A stretch of DNA of 124,000 bases from Wallemia ichthyophaga EXF-994 (lineage: Eukaryota > Fungi > Basidiomycota). The stretch spans positions 144,001 through 268,000 of the forward strand of contig NW_008806280.1 of the NCBI RefSeq assembly GCF_000400465.1, given 5' to 3'. This document shows positions 39,058 through 51,929 of this stretch, one piece after another. Position 1 is the stretch's first letter. Every line of letters starts with the position of its first letter. The notes below the pieces were generated by a model. It ran no database searches. It was not told the DNA's origin and was given only the letters and a program-made list of their open reading frames with translations. The translations under genes were made by a program, and so were the position numbers.

Positions 39058-39902
39058 ATGAAATTTATTTTGGTAGCTATAGCCGCGTTAATCGCTAATA
39101 CCGTGGCTACTATCGACTTAGTCAAAACACGTATCCACGGTGTGGATGAATTGGGTTCGGATGTCCATCACTCGTCTTTTGGCAGCAGCGTGCAGTTGGA
39201 GCGAGACGCGAATGTGCAATACACCTTCTACACAGCTGCAGATGGAGACACAGTCACACCACACAAATCCATCATCAGCTTCATCGATTACGCAACTGGG
39301 CAGTACTGGGAAGACGTCGTTAGTATTCGAGATTCTGATGGCAGGGGTAGATACACGTTGAGAACAGTCAAATTCCCACTCAAAGCGAGCAACTGTCTTG
39401 TTAGGTTGTTCGTCGCAGCCAATGGCGAAAGCAGCGCATTTGATATTGGCACGCTTTCTTTTTCTGAAGACGCAGCAGCGGAAACAACAACCGAAAGCAA
39501 GACACCAGAAAAATCTATCCTTGCACCACTCCCTGAGATAACACACACATTCAAAACTGAACCAAAACATACACCTCTAGCTATCAGTGGGTTGGCTGCT
39601 ATATTCATCAATGGATTACCTTTGCTTGTGCTTCTAGGAGCTGTAAGTTAAGCGTGTGATGTTTAATCTCAACTAACGTAACACCCCCTCAGATATCATA
39701 CATCCCGCTCAACCTCAGACAATCTCACAGCAATCTCGCTTTCATTGGCACTATAATAGCCTTTGAAGGTCTCCTGCTTACATACTGGGTCAAGCTGACA
39801 CTATTTCAATTCATACCATTCGCTGTGCTCAACGGTCTTGCTCTCTTCGTATCGGGAAATCGAGCTTTAAGAGTATTAAAGAAGAGGCGCGAGGTAGCGT
39901 AA
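39058..39902 (+). CDS. SWP1: Oligosaccharyltransferase subunit Swp1/ribophorin II
   Basis: Signal peptide, LPEITHTFKTEPK, three C-terminal TMs, GNRALR. Confidence 0.85.
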
Positions 39903-39958
39903 AACATTTGTATTTCATTTACTCAAAATGCATTGATACTCTTCTCACCGCACTTTCA

Positions 39959-40762
39959 ATGTCCACTTGGAGAACAATCGCAGCGCTGCCGGAGCATCTG
40001 CAGCCAGTCGGCAGTGAAACTATAGACAGACTGCGATTCATGCATCTCATCGAATATGCCAAAACACAAAAGAGAACTGGCTGGCTGAGAAGTGGCGTGA
40101 ATGGTGCAGAGAGTATCAGCGACCATATGTGGAGAATGTCGATAATGAGTTTGGTGTGTGCTGACGAACGCATCGATCACATCAAGTAGGCTGCTATCAT
40201 TACACTTAGGCCATTTCTAATGCCCCCTTAGAGCTTCGCAGATGGCCATAGTCCACGATATAGCTGAATGCATGTGAGGATGGCCTGATTAGCAAAAAAT
40301 ATTGGCCTCGCTTACTCTTCCTCTTTATAGTGTCGGTGACATAGCCCCTTCTGATAACATAACAAAACCAGTGAAGAATAATCTTGAAAGGGTGCGTTAC
40401 ATTTACGTCGTGCCATAATCTCACCAGCCTCATAGCAAGCTATGAATGACATAGTGCATAAATATCTCCATGGAAGTTATCAGGCGAGATACTTGATGGC
40501 TATTTGGGAGGTGAGTGTTCAAAACACTCATTGCGTCATTCACATTACGCAGGAATACGAGCAGCAGTCTTCCGCTGAATCCACCTTTGTCAAAGATCTC
40601 GACAGACTTGAAATGTGTCTGCAGGCATTCGAATACGAAAGGATACAAAACATCAATCTAAACGGTTTTTATACATCACTAGAAAGCATTAAAAACGATC
40701 AAGTAAGAATATATGCGGAGCTGCTGATCCAAGAAAGGAAACATTTGTTCAATATTACTTGA
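39959..40762 (+). CDS. HD-domain 5'-deoxynucleotidase (HDDC2/Ygk1-like)
   Basis: KRTGW, ESISDHMWRM, VHDLAE, VKDLDRLEM. Confidence 0.88.
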
Positions 40763-40768
40763 TAGCAT

Positions 40769-43720
40769 CTACTTATCATTCCCGTCGACTTGATTGGCGT
40801 CATCGATTGCCTCCTCTATAATAGCCCCAGCTTCCCGTGTGGCTAACCATGCCTCTTCTGTCTTTGTGAGATTTTCTGCAGCTGCTACACCCTTTAATAT
40901 ACTAAGTTCACGTTTCTTGTGTTCTGTGCGACGAAGTTGACGGAGCATAAAGTCCTTGATGGAGATGAGTGGTGTGTCATTGGGAATTCTCGGTAGAGTC
41001 TGCTACTGTTAGCTCAACAAGTGCCGTCAATATTCAGCCTACCTCTAAGAAATTGAGATGCAAAGCTTGTGATCCTAGTAATGATGCTATCTCAGCAGAA
41101 AACACATCTCCATCAGCCATATAAACGTCCAATAAGATCCGCAAGAGGTGGCTTCGTAAAGGCGGCGCCACTGCCACCATTGAAGTGCGTGCCAGAGCAA
41201 CGAGCCAACAGTTGGAGAGGTGCGAATTGTCTATGCACTTTCTCGCCAAGCTACCGCTCAATATATAACCAGGAAAGGCGCAATAATGCTGCGATGTAAA
41301 TGTGTCTCTCAAGTTCCTTGCTAGTATATTTAAAGCTGCACTATGTTGCTCGAGCTGTGAATGGGCGTTAGCATGAGGTTGTCACACTTGCATGCTAAAC
41401 ACTTACCTTTCCAAGAATTACAGCCTTCTCGAATAACAACGTGCTCTCAGTGAAAGGGTGTAAAGCTGTTTCAATAGAATTCCAGTCAAGGTCGCTGGCC
41501 ATCTGTAAAAAAAGGAGTAATTTGAGACGAGAGATGATAGCATTCTTGGTCATTGGAGAGATTTCAGTGGTATCCAAAACTGCTGTGACATATTGAGCGT
41601 ATGACTGATCGTGCTTCTGCAACTTGTACTCCTCAATCAATCTCCACATATCCCCACTTATGTTACTGTCCTTCAATGCTTCGACGACATTCCCAATGAG
41701 CATGTCAAGAAGAGCCTGTCGCATTCCCGTATCTTCTCTGTTGCGCGCCAAGACGAGAATCTCAAGGTACTCCTGCTCAGCCACCTTGTCAGTCCGCCCA
41801 AGGGCTTCAAGTAATATTCCTTCGTCGATCGAAGTTCGCGGATGAGACGACAGCACTTGCAGACCAGCATTCCTGTCATACAAAATGAGCCATAAGCCGT
41901 ACTCAAGTAATAGATCCGCCTCTTCGACTCTGTTCAACAGCCGTATGATATCCCTAAGTGGATCAACCACGTCCTTATCAACGATTGTTTGTTCAATAAA
42001 TCTTTTGTGTATTTTGATAGCCTCTTTGATGTCTCCATGAGATTCATAGAGGCGGGATAGTGCAGCGTATCTGCCATATCTGGTGAACCAAGGCTCAGCA
42101 ATGGGTAGCAAGATGTTGTTGGAATTGTTTATAAACACGTTCAAAGCATTCCTATCTTTATCCGACCTCTCAGCAAATATAATAGCCAAGCACGTATCTA
42201 AAATCATGTCTGTATATGACTCTGATTCATGATAAGTCGCCTGCCTTGCTCGCCTCCTCCGTCTATGCTCCTTGCTGAGACATTCAAGTAGCATGCTTCT
42301 TGCATTTTCCATCAATGAGTCGTAAAGTTGTCGAACTGGCTCGTCGCTCTCAACGTTTAAATACGGCGAGTAGTTTTTTTCAAGATTGCCAACGATAAGG
42401 TCTTTTATTGTACGAGGTATATTTTCAATAAGATTGGCAATCCCCAAAGGAATCTTGACAAACTCATCCGGGTCGAATAAACCAGCGGTGAGGTCAGGAA
42501 ACCAGCTGAGGATGAGGCGAATGTCACATTGGGATTTAGAGAATAGAGCAGAGGCATCACTGAAGGATGTCGATCTAAATAGCTGGAGGGCTGCGTAAAG
42601 GTGAATGTAGTAACTTTCGAGTGAATCTGTAGGCAGACTGTTGGCGAGAGATAACGCCTGCTGTCTGGCGTTGTCGTTCTCCATATCCAGGAGGTATATT
42701 GATTGGTCGAAGATTGAGGGAGGAATGAAAGCGTGTATGCTGCCAGTGTCAGTTGCCAAGATGACTTGGGTCGATTCAAGCTGGGAAGAGGAGTTTGAAG
42801 GGCGGTTTGAAGCGTTTGAGTAGTCTACAGAGGTATTCAACAAAGGAAAAGAAACAAAGTGTAGCTGATTGGGTATTGATTGAGGAATGCTTAGACCGAG
42901 TGGAGTGGATTGGAGGAACATGGGATGTAAATGAGATAGGGATAGAGAATGAATAAGAGAATGTGTAATTGTGGAGTGGATCTGCAGAGTGTTGTTGCTC
43001 AGAAGGGTGAATAAGTGAGGGGATTGGTGCACAATGGATTTTATGGTTGAAGGGAATTGAAGAGGGCCGTGTTTGGGTTCACCAGAGTACGAGTCGATGA
43101 AGACACCAACAGCACCCAAATCGTTATGCGTAATCATTAAAAACTCGTCAGCGTCATCGATAGAGGTGATGGACGGAGAGCCTTCAAAGGGCAATAAGGG
43201 GAGGAGTACGGAGTTAGTGAGGTTGAGGAGGCTATACGTGTTTGCAGTATCAGCCAAGCAAATGACGTCATTGTTTATAGCTGAGTCTAAGTGAAGAGAA
43301 GGCAAAGGTAGTTCGTTGATGACGGTGAGTCTTGGACTGAGTTTGAGACGACCGATGCTGGACTGTCTGATGACTACGATTGAGTTGCTAGATTGAAGGA
43401 GTTTAATAACGTTTCTGATATTTGATTTCTGTGGGTTGTAGCCGTTCAAGTGGTATAAGACACCATCTGTATCGAGCATAACGAGCGAATTGTTGAATTG
43501 TAGAATCTGTTTAGGCGTAAAATCGAGGTTGATGTTATTGTACGTGTTATGCCTATAAGACTGGAATTGAAGCTGATTGGTCGATCCAACAATCAGCGAA
43601 TCATCTGCAAGCTGGGTCAGGGATGCAGAGGATGTAGCAATAGAACCGACTAAAATGGTACAAGATATTTATTGGTTTCGTTGTGTTTGTGAAATTATTC
43701 AGCTTGAATGGCTTGAGCAT
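40769..43720 (-). CDS. CNH-domain Vps39/Vps3/TGFBRAP1-family tethering subunit
   Basis: CNH-like N-terminus, helical repeats (EYGLWLILYDRNAGL), FEKAVILGK; start reconstructed via intron. Confidence 0.75.
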
Positions 43721-43761
43721 CTGATGGTCGTTGGTTGTTAAGCCATACGCTATATTGCTGC

Positions 43762-44118
43762 CTATGTAACGCTTGAATTACATCTTGGTGCTTTATAGAC
43801 TCTCTAAACTTAGGTTCCATCAGTAAATCCAAGTTGTGTAAGCAGTGCGGGTATGTTATGAATTTGATGTATTCGGGACTATTTATAAAGATCAGCTGGT
43901 TTATCTAAAACACCTTAAATTACCCACTCCCTCCAATAATTCAGGTACTTAATATATTTTATAAACTCCGGCTTATCAAAGTACCCTTGCTGGGCTAATG
44001 CGTGGAGATAGAATGGATGGGCCAGTGACTGCACAAACTCAAGCTCAATCTCAAATTTATTTCTATTTTCTGTTTTCTGTTTGTCTTGTGTATCATGTGT
44101 CTCTTTCTCCCCTTCCAT
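43762..44118 (-). CDS. SOH1: Mediator subunit Med31/Soh1
   Basis: [30 protein letters not shown]. Confidence 0.92.
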
Positions 44119-44172
44119 TTGTTGTTCCCCAGTGATGGTGATGGTTCAATCAATACATGTACGTTTACATCT

Positions 44173-46304
44173 TTATTCTTCTCCCTCTGCTTCCAAATCT
44201 AGTCCTACCAACTTGGGCGATGGCGGGAGTGGTTTACTCCACCTCTCCTCACTCGATACCTTGGGTGTTTCTCCTTCCGTCATCCCGAGCATCTCCTCCA
44301 GCTCTTTCTGTGCTTGATCCCACCTTCTCAACGAATCTTCTACAGGCGACCTCTCCTGTACAACTGTCTCTTGTGTTTTGTCATCACTCGACCTTCCTTC
44401 CCTCTCCTCGTTGTACTCTCCCCCTTTCACCTCTTTCTCATTTTGCTCCAAATCCACTTCCGTCTCTACCCGCCTCAATCCCTCTACCCCATTTGATTCT
44501 CCACTGTCTTCATCTTCATCCGATGAGCTAACGTCATCTACGTTGTACCCAAACGCAAGACTTGATCCCCTTGGTGCGATTATTGGTGCAGTTCTCTCGG
44601 GCTGTTTTTCTGATAACTGTGTATTTACCGTCGGTGTAATACCTGTGCTAACATATCCAACCGTCTCTGTCGGTGAGCGCAGCGTATCCAGCCACTCATC
44701 TTCACTGTCCTTTTGTGTAGCCTCTCGCCCAAGCGCTGCTTCATACATCCCGCTCCCTCCGTCGTCGAGATGATCATCTGTGCTTGAAGCATTCGCATTA
44801 GTTTTCTTCCTTATCCACCCCCTCCTATCTCGTCTCTTGTTTAATAACTTTTCTGTAAAGGGTGAGATACTCGATGTTCTTTGTGTTGATCTGAAAAGCA
44901 AACTTGTTCCTGAACTTGATGTCGATTGTTCATTTTGTACATCCCCAATATAGCTTCGACGTATTATCCTACCTAACCTCTCAACCCGGTCCTGACTTGT
45001 GTCAGATGCACGTATTGATGATACTACCAGTGACATCTGCTGCAGCCGCGGTATTGGACTAAAGGCACTTGTTTTGGGTTGCGTAGAGCTAGCCGCTATT
45101 GCTGCTGCTGTTGACGGTAGTGAATCTGGTATACTTTGGTAAGCAGACTTTAACGAACTAAGTGACTGCTTCGACTGTGGTCCCGATGTAGGTGTTACAG
45201 GTACAGCCTCATCGCATAAATCCATAAATAACCTCTCTAATTTTCCAAATAGTGGTATAATCAACTGATCTCTGAAACCCTTTATCACTGACTTGCGCAC
45301 ATTCATCACTGACGGTAATAACGCCACCTTGCTCGTTGATTCGTCGTTATACGACAGATTATGACTCGATCCATCCCCCGTTTTCGCAGAGTTTGCTGTT
45401 GATGATTTTGCTAGTGCCTGAATATGTGTATCTGTGCTATACGGTAGAAATACTCCTTCAAGAAGAGGTAAAACCTGACCGAAGAAGAATGTCCTGTTGT
45501 GAGCCCACTCAGTTGAGGTATTCTGATATGAAATTTAAGTCACCCTACCAAATTTCAACGGTACGTGTCGCAAAACGATCAGTACTCTCATCGACATGTT
45601 GAACAAGCTTGGCTCGAAGCGTAAGCATGCCAATACTGATCAGGTTGTTAAAATCAGTGGAAAGGCTTTCAATCACGCGCGATGGTTTTGAGCGAGCGAT
45701 AGTGTCTCTGATATGAATAATGACCAACGCGTTTAAATCTTCCAAAGATGTTATCTGCGTATGCGTCAATACGTCGACGTCGAGTGATAGAGAAAATGGA
45801 TTATAAAAGAACCATCAAACTCACCATGTTCTCGCCATTGAACAATGGCAGTACTTTGACGCATATCGCCTGCCAGGAATCGCCGTGGAGCTCAATGGCA
45901 CTAGCTATATCCTTACCCAAGCCGCCCTTGGCAGTGCTAGAGCTATTGCCACTACCACCAAACGCAGCGCTGTTGGAGGTTGCTGGAGCGTGCGAGAAAG
46001 AGGGTGACGTTTGATTGTACTTGCTGGAATTTCCTGGCTTTGATGACGCCAATTTGTGGAAAGTGCGATGAACTCTGGGTGAATGATGGATAGTGTGTGA
46101 GTGAGTTGAAGGATTTGGGGAACTGGGATTTGTTATTGGAGCTGAAATGCTGTTTGGATCGAGCTTCCGGCTGCTCGATGGGCTGGCAGGCGGCACATTC
46201 AGCAGCTGCGATCTCGATGGCGTTGAAGATGGAAATAGAGATGGTGAGATATTTGCAGATGAGTTTGGTATATTAAGCCGCAAATCACTCGGCTTGGTCG
46301 GCAT
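44173..46304 (-). CDS. HbrB / Bit61-PRR5 family TORC2-associated protein
   Basis: DSWQAICVKVLPLFNGE HbrB-domain motif. Confidence 0.72.
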
Positions 46305-46423
46305 AGTGGCGGGGAGATGGCTGTGGTAAAGGAGGAAAGAGGACCAGCCAAGGAAATAATTATTATTTACAATTTTGGTATTCTACGCTCAAATCCTTTT
46401 TATCTTCTTGATCCACTCCATCG

Positions 46424-49400
46424 ATGGCTGATCAACTCGAGTCTTTCATTGACAGACTCACCGGTGCTGTAGCGCTGCAGGATAGCCCGCTACCATCTAT
46501 TGTCGCCGAGGATTCCTCCGTGTGGGTGAAGCGCTTTCTTCACCTCCGATCTCCGATCTTAACGCCTAGGCTTTGCAGAACACTCCCAGTTGAATCGCAA
46601 TATCCAACAGACAAAGACAGCTCAACAACAGTCACGCGCTTGATCAACGACAGAAAAGCTGCCTTGTCTCTTCAGGCGTCTACCGCTCAAGGCGGTCCCT
46701 CTGGCTCCACCGCCACGACAGACGCACTCAACAATCTACTCAAGTTTGTCGCTTGCTTTGTTTTTTAGTGGATTTTAATGGCTCACTGTTTCCAGCTTCA
46801 TCGGTTCTACCTTTGGCGATGCTGATATGCACGATAAGATTGTGTTTGAGGTGTCTTCGCTGCTCAATTCCCCACGTTCCACGGACGATATCTCTTCTGC
46901 TCTAGTCGACACGCTTGGCTTCGATGCTCTTGATCTTATCGCCCAAGTTCTCTCCAATAGGGCTGAAATCGGTCTTGGATTGAATGACGTCGTGAGTTTA
47001 TCCGGTGTGTTACCTCACCCCTGCTCATCCCAATAGATGTCCTTGAACGCTCGCAACGCCGAGCAGCACTCTAAATCTCACAAGCGTGAGAAAGCACGCC
47101 ACAATGACTTGGAGGGTGCGTTTCGTGGTCTCTATCGCCAATGTCTCACCTTCCTCAGAATCCTACCTCACAATCAGCCCCGAAGAAGCTCGCAGGAGAA
47201 AGGAGGAAGAGCGCCAGCTAAACTCAAAGCGTCCATTATTCTCAAATGAAGGAGGCGTATGTGTCTGCATTTATCACCCATCATCAGCTGACACACTACA
47301 AGTCGATCGAAGAGCCAAACTATCCACATGTCTACAAGAATTCGGCCAATGGTGGTAATATCCTCTCCACTATGGGTTCTCGCTATATGCTACCCTTAGG
47401 CACAACGAAAGACCATTTCGACGTGGGTTGCATTTTATTACTAGCTATACTATCTAATATTACATCAAGAACTACGACGAAATCACTATACCTCCCTCAA
47501 AACCTATTCCACCAAAGATTCATGAACGCATCGTCGAAATTGGAGAAATGGACGCTCTCTGTCAACGATCTTTTAAGGTGTGCATCGCTTGCAATCGACT
47601 ACAACTGCAACTCTAATCTTCTGTCAGGGTTACGAAAAGCTCAATAGAGTTCAGTCTGTGGTCTACCCTACCGCTTACACAACTAATGAGAATATGCTCG
47701 TCTGTGGTGTGTATTAAAAGCGCTTAAACGACACCCACTAACATATCATAAAGCACCCACCGGAGCTGGTAAAACAGACGTTGCTATGCTCACAATTTTG
47801 AGGGTTGTCTCACAGTTTGCGGATGAGAACAAACTTACTTTTGGTCCTGGAAAGGGCAAAGGGTCTGCAAGTTTTGGTGTTAGGCTGGATGACTTCAAAA
47901 TTATCTATGTCGCACCAATGAAAGCACTGGCCGCTGAAATCACAGCCAAACTCGGCAAACGTCTAAGTTGGCTCGACATCAAAGTGAGAGAGCTAACAGG
48001 TGACACACAATTAACAAAAGCGGAAGTCAATGCAACTCAGATTATTGTCACCACGCCAGAAAAATGGGACGTTGTTACACGGAAACCAACTGGCGAGGGT
48101 GATCTCGCCTCAAAGGTCAAGCTGCTTATTATCGATGAAGTTCACCTGCTCAATGAAGACAGAGGTGCAGTTATTGAAACTATAGTTGCCAGAACTTTGC
48201 GCCAGGTTGAAGCTACCCAGTCTCTTATTAGAATTGTCGGTCTCAGTGCTACTTTGCCCAATTATGTCGATGTAGCCGATTTCCTTAGAGTGTCACGATA
48301 CAAGGGACTGTTCTATTTTGATGGCTCCTTCAGGCCAATCCCGTTAGAGCAACACTTTATTGGCGTCAAAGGCAAGCCGGGAAGCTCCCAATCTAAGAAA
48401 AATCTTGACCAAGCAGCCTATGAAAAAGCTGTCGAGCTAGCTGAGCAGGGTCATTCAGTTATGGTGTTTGTTCATGCTCGTAAAGAGACAGTCAAGACTG
48501 CTGAAACGTTGCTCGAGTATGCTAAAAAAGACAACCAGTTGGAAGCATTCGACTGCTCTGAGCACCCCCGTTATCATATACACAAGCGTGACATTGCACA
48601 GTCGAGAAACAAAGAGATGAGGCAGCTATTTGAAAAGGGCTTCGGTATACATCACGCTGGTATGCTTCGTTCGGATCGTAATATGATGGAAAGAATGTTC
48701 GAAGATGGTGCTCTCAAGATATTGTGTTGCACCTCTACACTTGCTTGGGGTGTTAATTTGCCGGCCCACGCTGTCATCATTAAGGGAACTCAAGTTTACG
48801 ATAGCAGTAAGGGTGCTTTCTCTGATCTTTCCATTCTCGATGTACTACAAATATTTGGTAGGAGTGGTCGACCTGGCTACTCGACGAGTGGTGTGGCATG
48901 GCTGTGTACATCTTATGAAAAGCTCGATGATTATATTCAAGCTGTTCTGTCCTCCCATGCAATTGAATCCAAATTCCATACCGGAATCGTCGACGCTTTA
49001 AATGCTGAAATATCTCTAGGCTCTGTCTCTAATGTAAGTGAAGCTGTTCAGTGGTTATCGTTCACATATATGTTCGTGCGCATGAGGAAAAATCCACTAA
49101 TGTACGGCATGGATCACGATGAACCACTCAATGACCCGCTTCTTGGGAACAAGCGCAACATGCTGATAATGTCAGCTGCGCGTCAACTAGCACTAGCAAA
49201 GATGATCAAGTTTGATGAAAATGACATGATGTTCGAGTCGGACGATATGGGTAGAATTGCTTCAAGGTTCTACATATGTCATGAATCCATCAATATCTAC
49301 AATAAAGAGCTCAACCCAACTATGTCGGAGGCTGATATTATGAGTGTCTTGTGTCAATCAGTGGAGTTTGACCAGATACAGATGCGTGATTCTGAGGTGC

Positions 49401-51763
49401 CTGAGCTTAAGCATCTCATGGAAGACATCTGTCCGTGTCAAGTCAAAGGTGGCACAGATACCAGTCAGGGCAAATGTAACATTCTCCTGCAAGCTTACAT
49501 TAGTAGAGCCTATATTGATGACTTTGCGTTGGTGTCTGACTCCAACTATGTTGCACAGAATGGCGCAAGACTGATACGAGCCCTACTCGACATTGGTCTC
49601 AGTAAAAAGTGGGCGGTGACGACATCTGGAGTTATCTCAATGAGCAAAGCCCTAGAGCAACGTTTGTGGCCGTATGAGCATCCTATGAAACAGCAATTCG
49701 GTCTCAGAAACGAAGTCATTTACAATATTACTCGCTGGGCAGATGAAACTACGATACAAGAGTTAGCTGAGCTCAGTCCAGCGGAGCTAGGTAGTTTGAT
49801 TCATCTCAATGAATCACATGGAGCAGCTCTGCATAGGATTGTTAAGAGTTTCCCTACCCTTTCTCTCAGTGTATACTTGAAGCCGCTTAGCCATGAGGTC
49901 CTCAAGCTGCAAATACACGCAAAGCCAAAATTCGCCTGGAATGAAAGAATAAGTGGCACGATGGAAAATTTCTTCTTAATTGCTGAGAGCGAAGACGAGC
50001 TCGATATCTTGCAGTGGACCAACGTTCAAATCAGGCCCACTACGGAGGAAACTAGTATTGACTTCATTTTGCGTATAGAAAACGATAAGAAGCCAGACTT
50101 TATCACCTTGAGATCGGCTTCTGAGAGATGGCTAGGATCTGAAGATCTTGTGTCGGTGTCATTTGAGGATCTGATCATGCCGGCTTCACCTAGTCCTCCA
50201 ACGGAGATTATTGATTTGCCATTCTTACCAGTGTCGGGACTCAGCAATTTAAAGCTTGAGCAAGCCTTGAACAGTATAGGTATCCGTAATTTCAATCCAA
50301 TTCAGACTCAGTGCTTTGAGCCATTCTATGTCTACTCAGACAATGTGCTGCTATGCGCTCCTGTTTACGCAGGCAAGTCAATTCTTTCTCAATTATCGAT
50401 TTGGTGCGTAGTGCGCGTTATATGAGTGCATCTTTTGCTAAACGAAGCATTCAGGAAAGCATTCACATTACAGCGCAACACACGTGCACTTATAGTTACG
50501 CCAACAGCTACTTTGGCCCGTGAGACTGCCCACGTGCTTACTACAAAGTTTTCCAAAGCGATGAGTGTCAATGTCCTCAACCTGCATTCAAAGGCAGAGC
50601 AGCGGGAGTCACAGCTGAAGCAAAATAGGGTTGTGTTTGTTGCGAGTGCGAATGTGCTCCAAGATCTACTCTGCAGTGGACAGAAAGATCAGCTTCTGGA
50701 TGACCTGTCGATATTAGTTGCAGACGATTTGCATCTTATGGGCTCCGCTTATGAAATAGCTCTGTCAGTAGTGAAGCAATCTGTCTCAGATACACGCTTT
50801 ATCGGGATCAGCGCATCTCTCGATAACATTGAAGACCTGAGGAAGTGGCTGCGCGTTGATCCTGCGCTTACATACAATTTTGCACCAAAACATCGTACGC
50901 TGCCGATAAGCACTAATGTTCAATCGCACTCAGTCGTGCCAACGTCTGCTTTCATGAAAGCTCTTATTAAGCCAACGTACGCGCTCATCAAAATAGCTCC
51001 CAAAGGAGCAATAATATTTGTCCCTACACGCACTCAATGCAGAAGTGTTGCGTCAGATTTGATTACGCTCTCGGCAACGGATTCAGATTATATTGGACTG
51101 GCGACCGAAGAATCTGTAGCGCTGGAACCCTACCTCGATAGATTATCTGACAAGACTTTGGTGGGATATCTTGTCAATGGCATAGGAATTTACTACACTG
51201 GCTTGCCTTTAGAGGATCTAGCATTGATCTTGGAGCTTTTTTTGACGGGTGTGCTACGCGCATTGATCGTTCCCAGAGATATGTGCTGGTCGTTGCCGGT
51301 ACGCGCTTCAACAGTGTGTGTGATGAACACCCAGTACCTGTCTACAAAGAATGTCAAGGACAGCAGTGGACAGGAGAAGGCTGACAAACAGGTGCAAGAG
51401 TATTCACTTTCGGAGGTCGCTCATATGCAGGCATTCGCGAGCGCAGACGTTGAAGGCGATAGCGAGGCTACACGTACTTGTGTATTGATGGCGCAGGAAA
51501 ATGGGAACAAGGAGCTTTATTCGTACTTCCTCAATGCGGGTCTTCCACTTGAATCACGTTTGAGTGAGGATGATGAACTGCTCTATTATGTCAAGCACGA
51601 GAGGAATTACGGCAGGATAAAGGATGTTGGGCAAGTCGACAAGCTACTCAAGCAGACGTATTACGTCAGAAGATCTAAGACAAACCCAACTTATTACGAT
51701 GCCAAAGGCGATGGCGTTAGGGCATTGGCGAATAAGATATGGAATGCATCAAGTGATGTGTAA
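46424..51763 (+). CDS. SLH1: Ski2-like helicase Slh1/Rqt2 (ASCC3)
   Basis: [34 protein letters not shown], Sec63 domain, second degenerate cassette. Confidence 0.92.
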
Positions 51764-51929
51764 ATGCATTATTAGACAATTTTCTTATCTTAATTGAGAC
51801 AAATTGACAAGACAGAGGATATTGCGTGTTCGTCGAAATGAGTATTGGGCGCAGAGCTTTTGCTGTAAGCTATACGTATACATTGTGATTTCGTTTGAAA
51901 CATTCTTCCTTTATAACCATCAACGGAGA

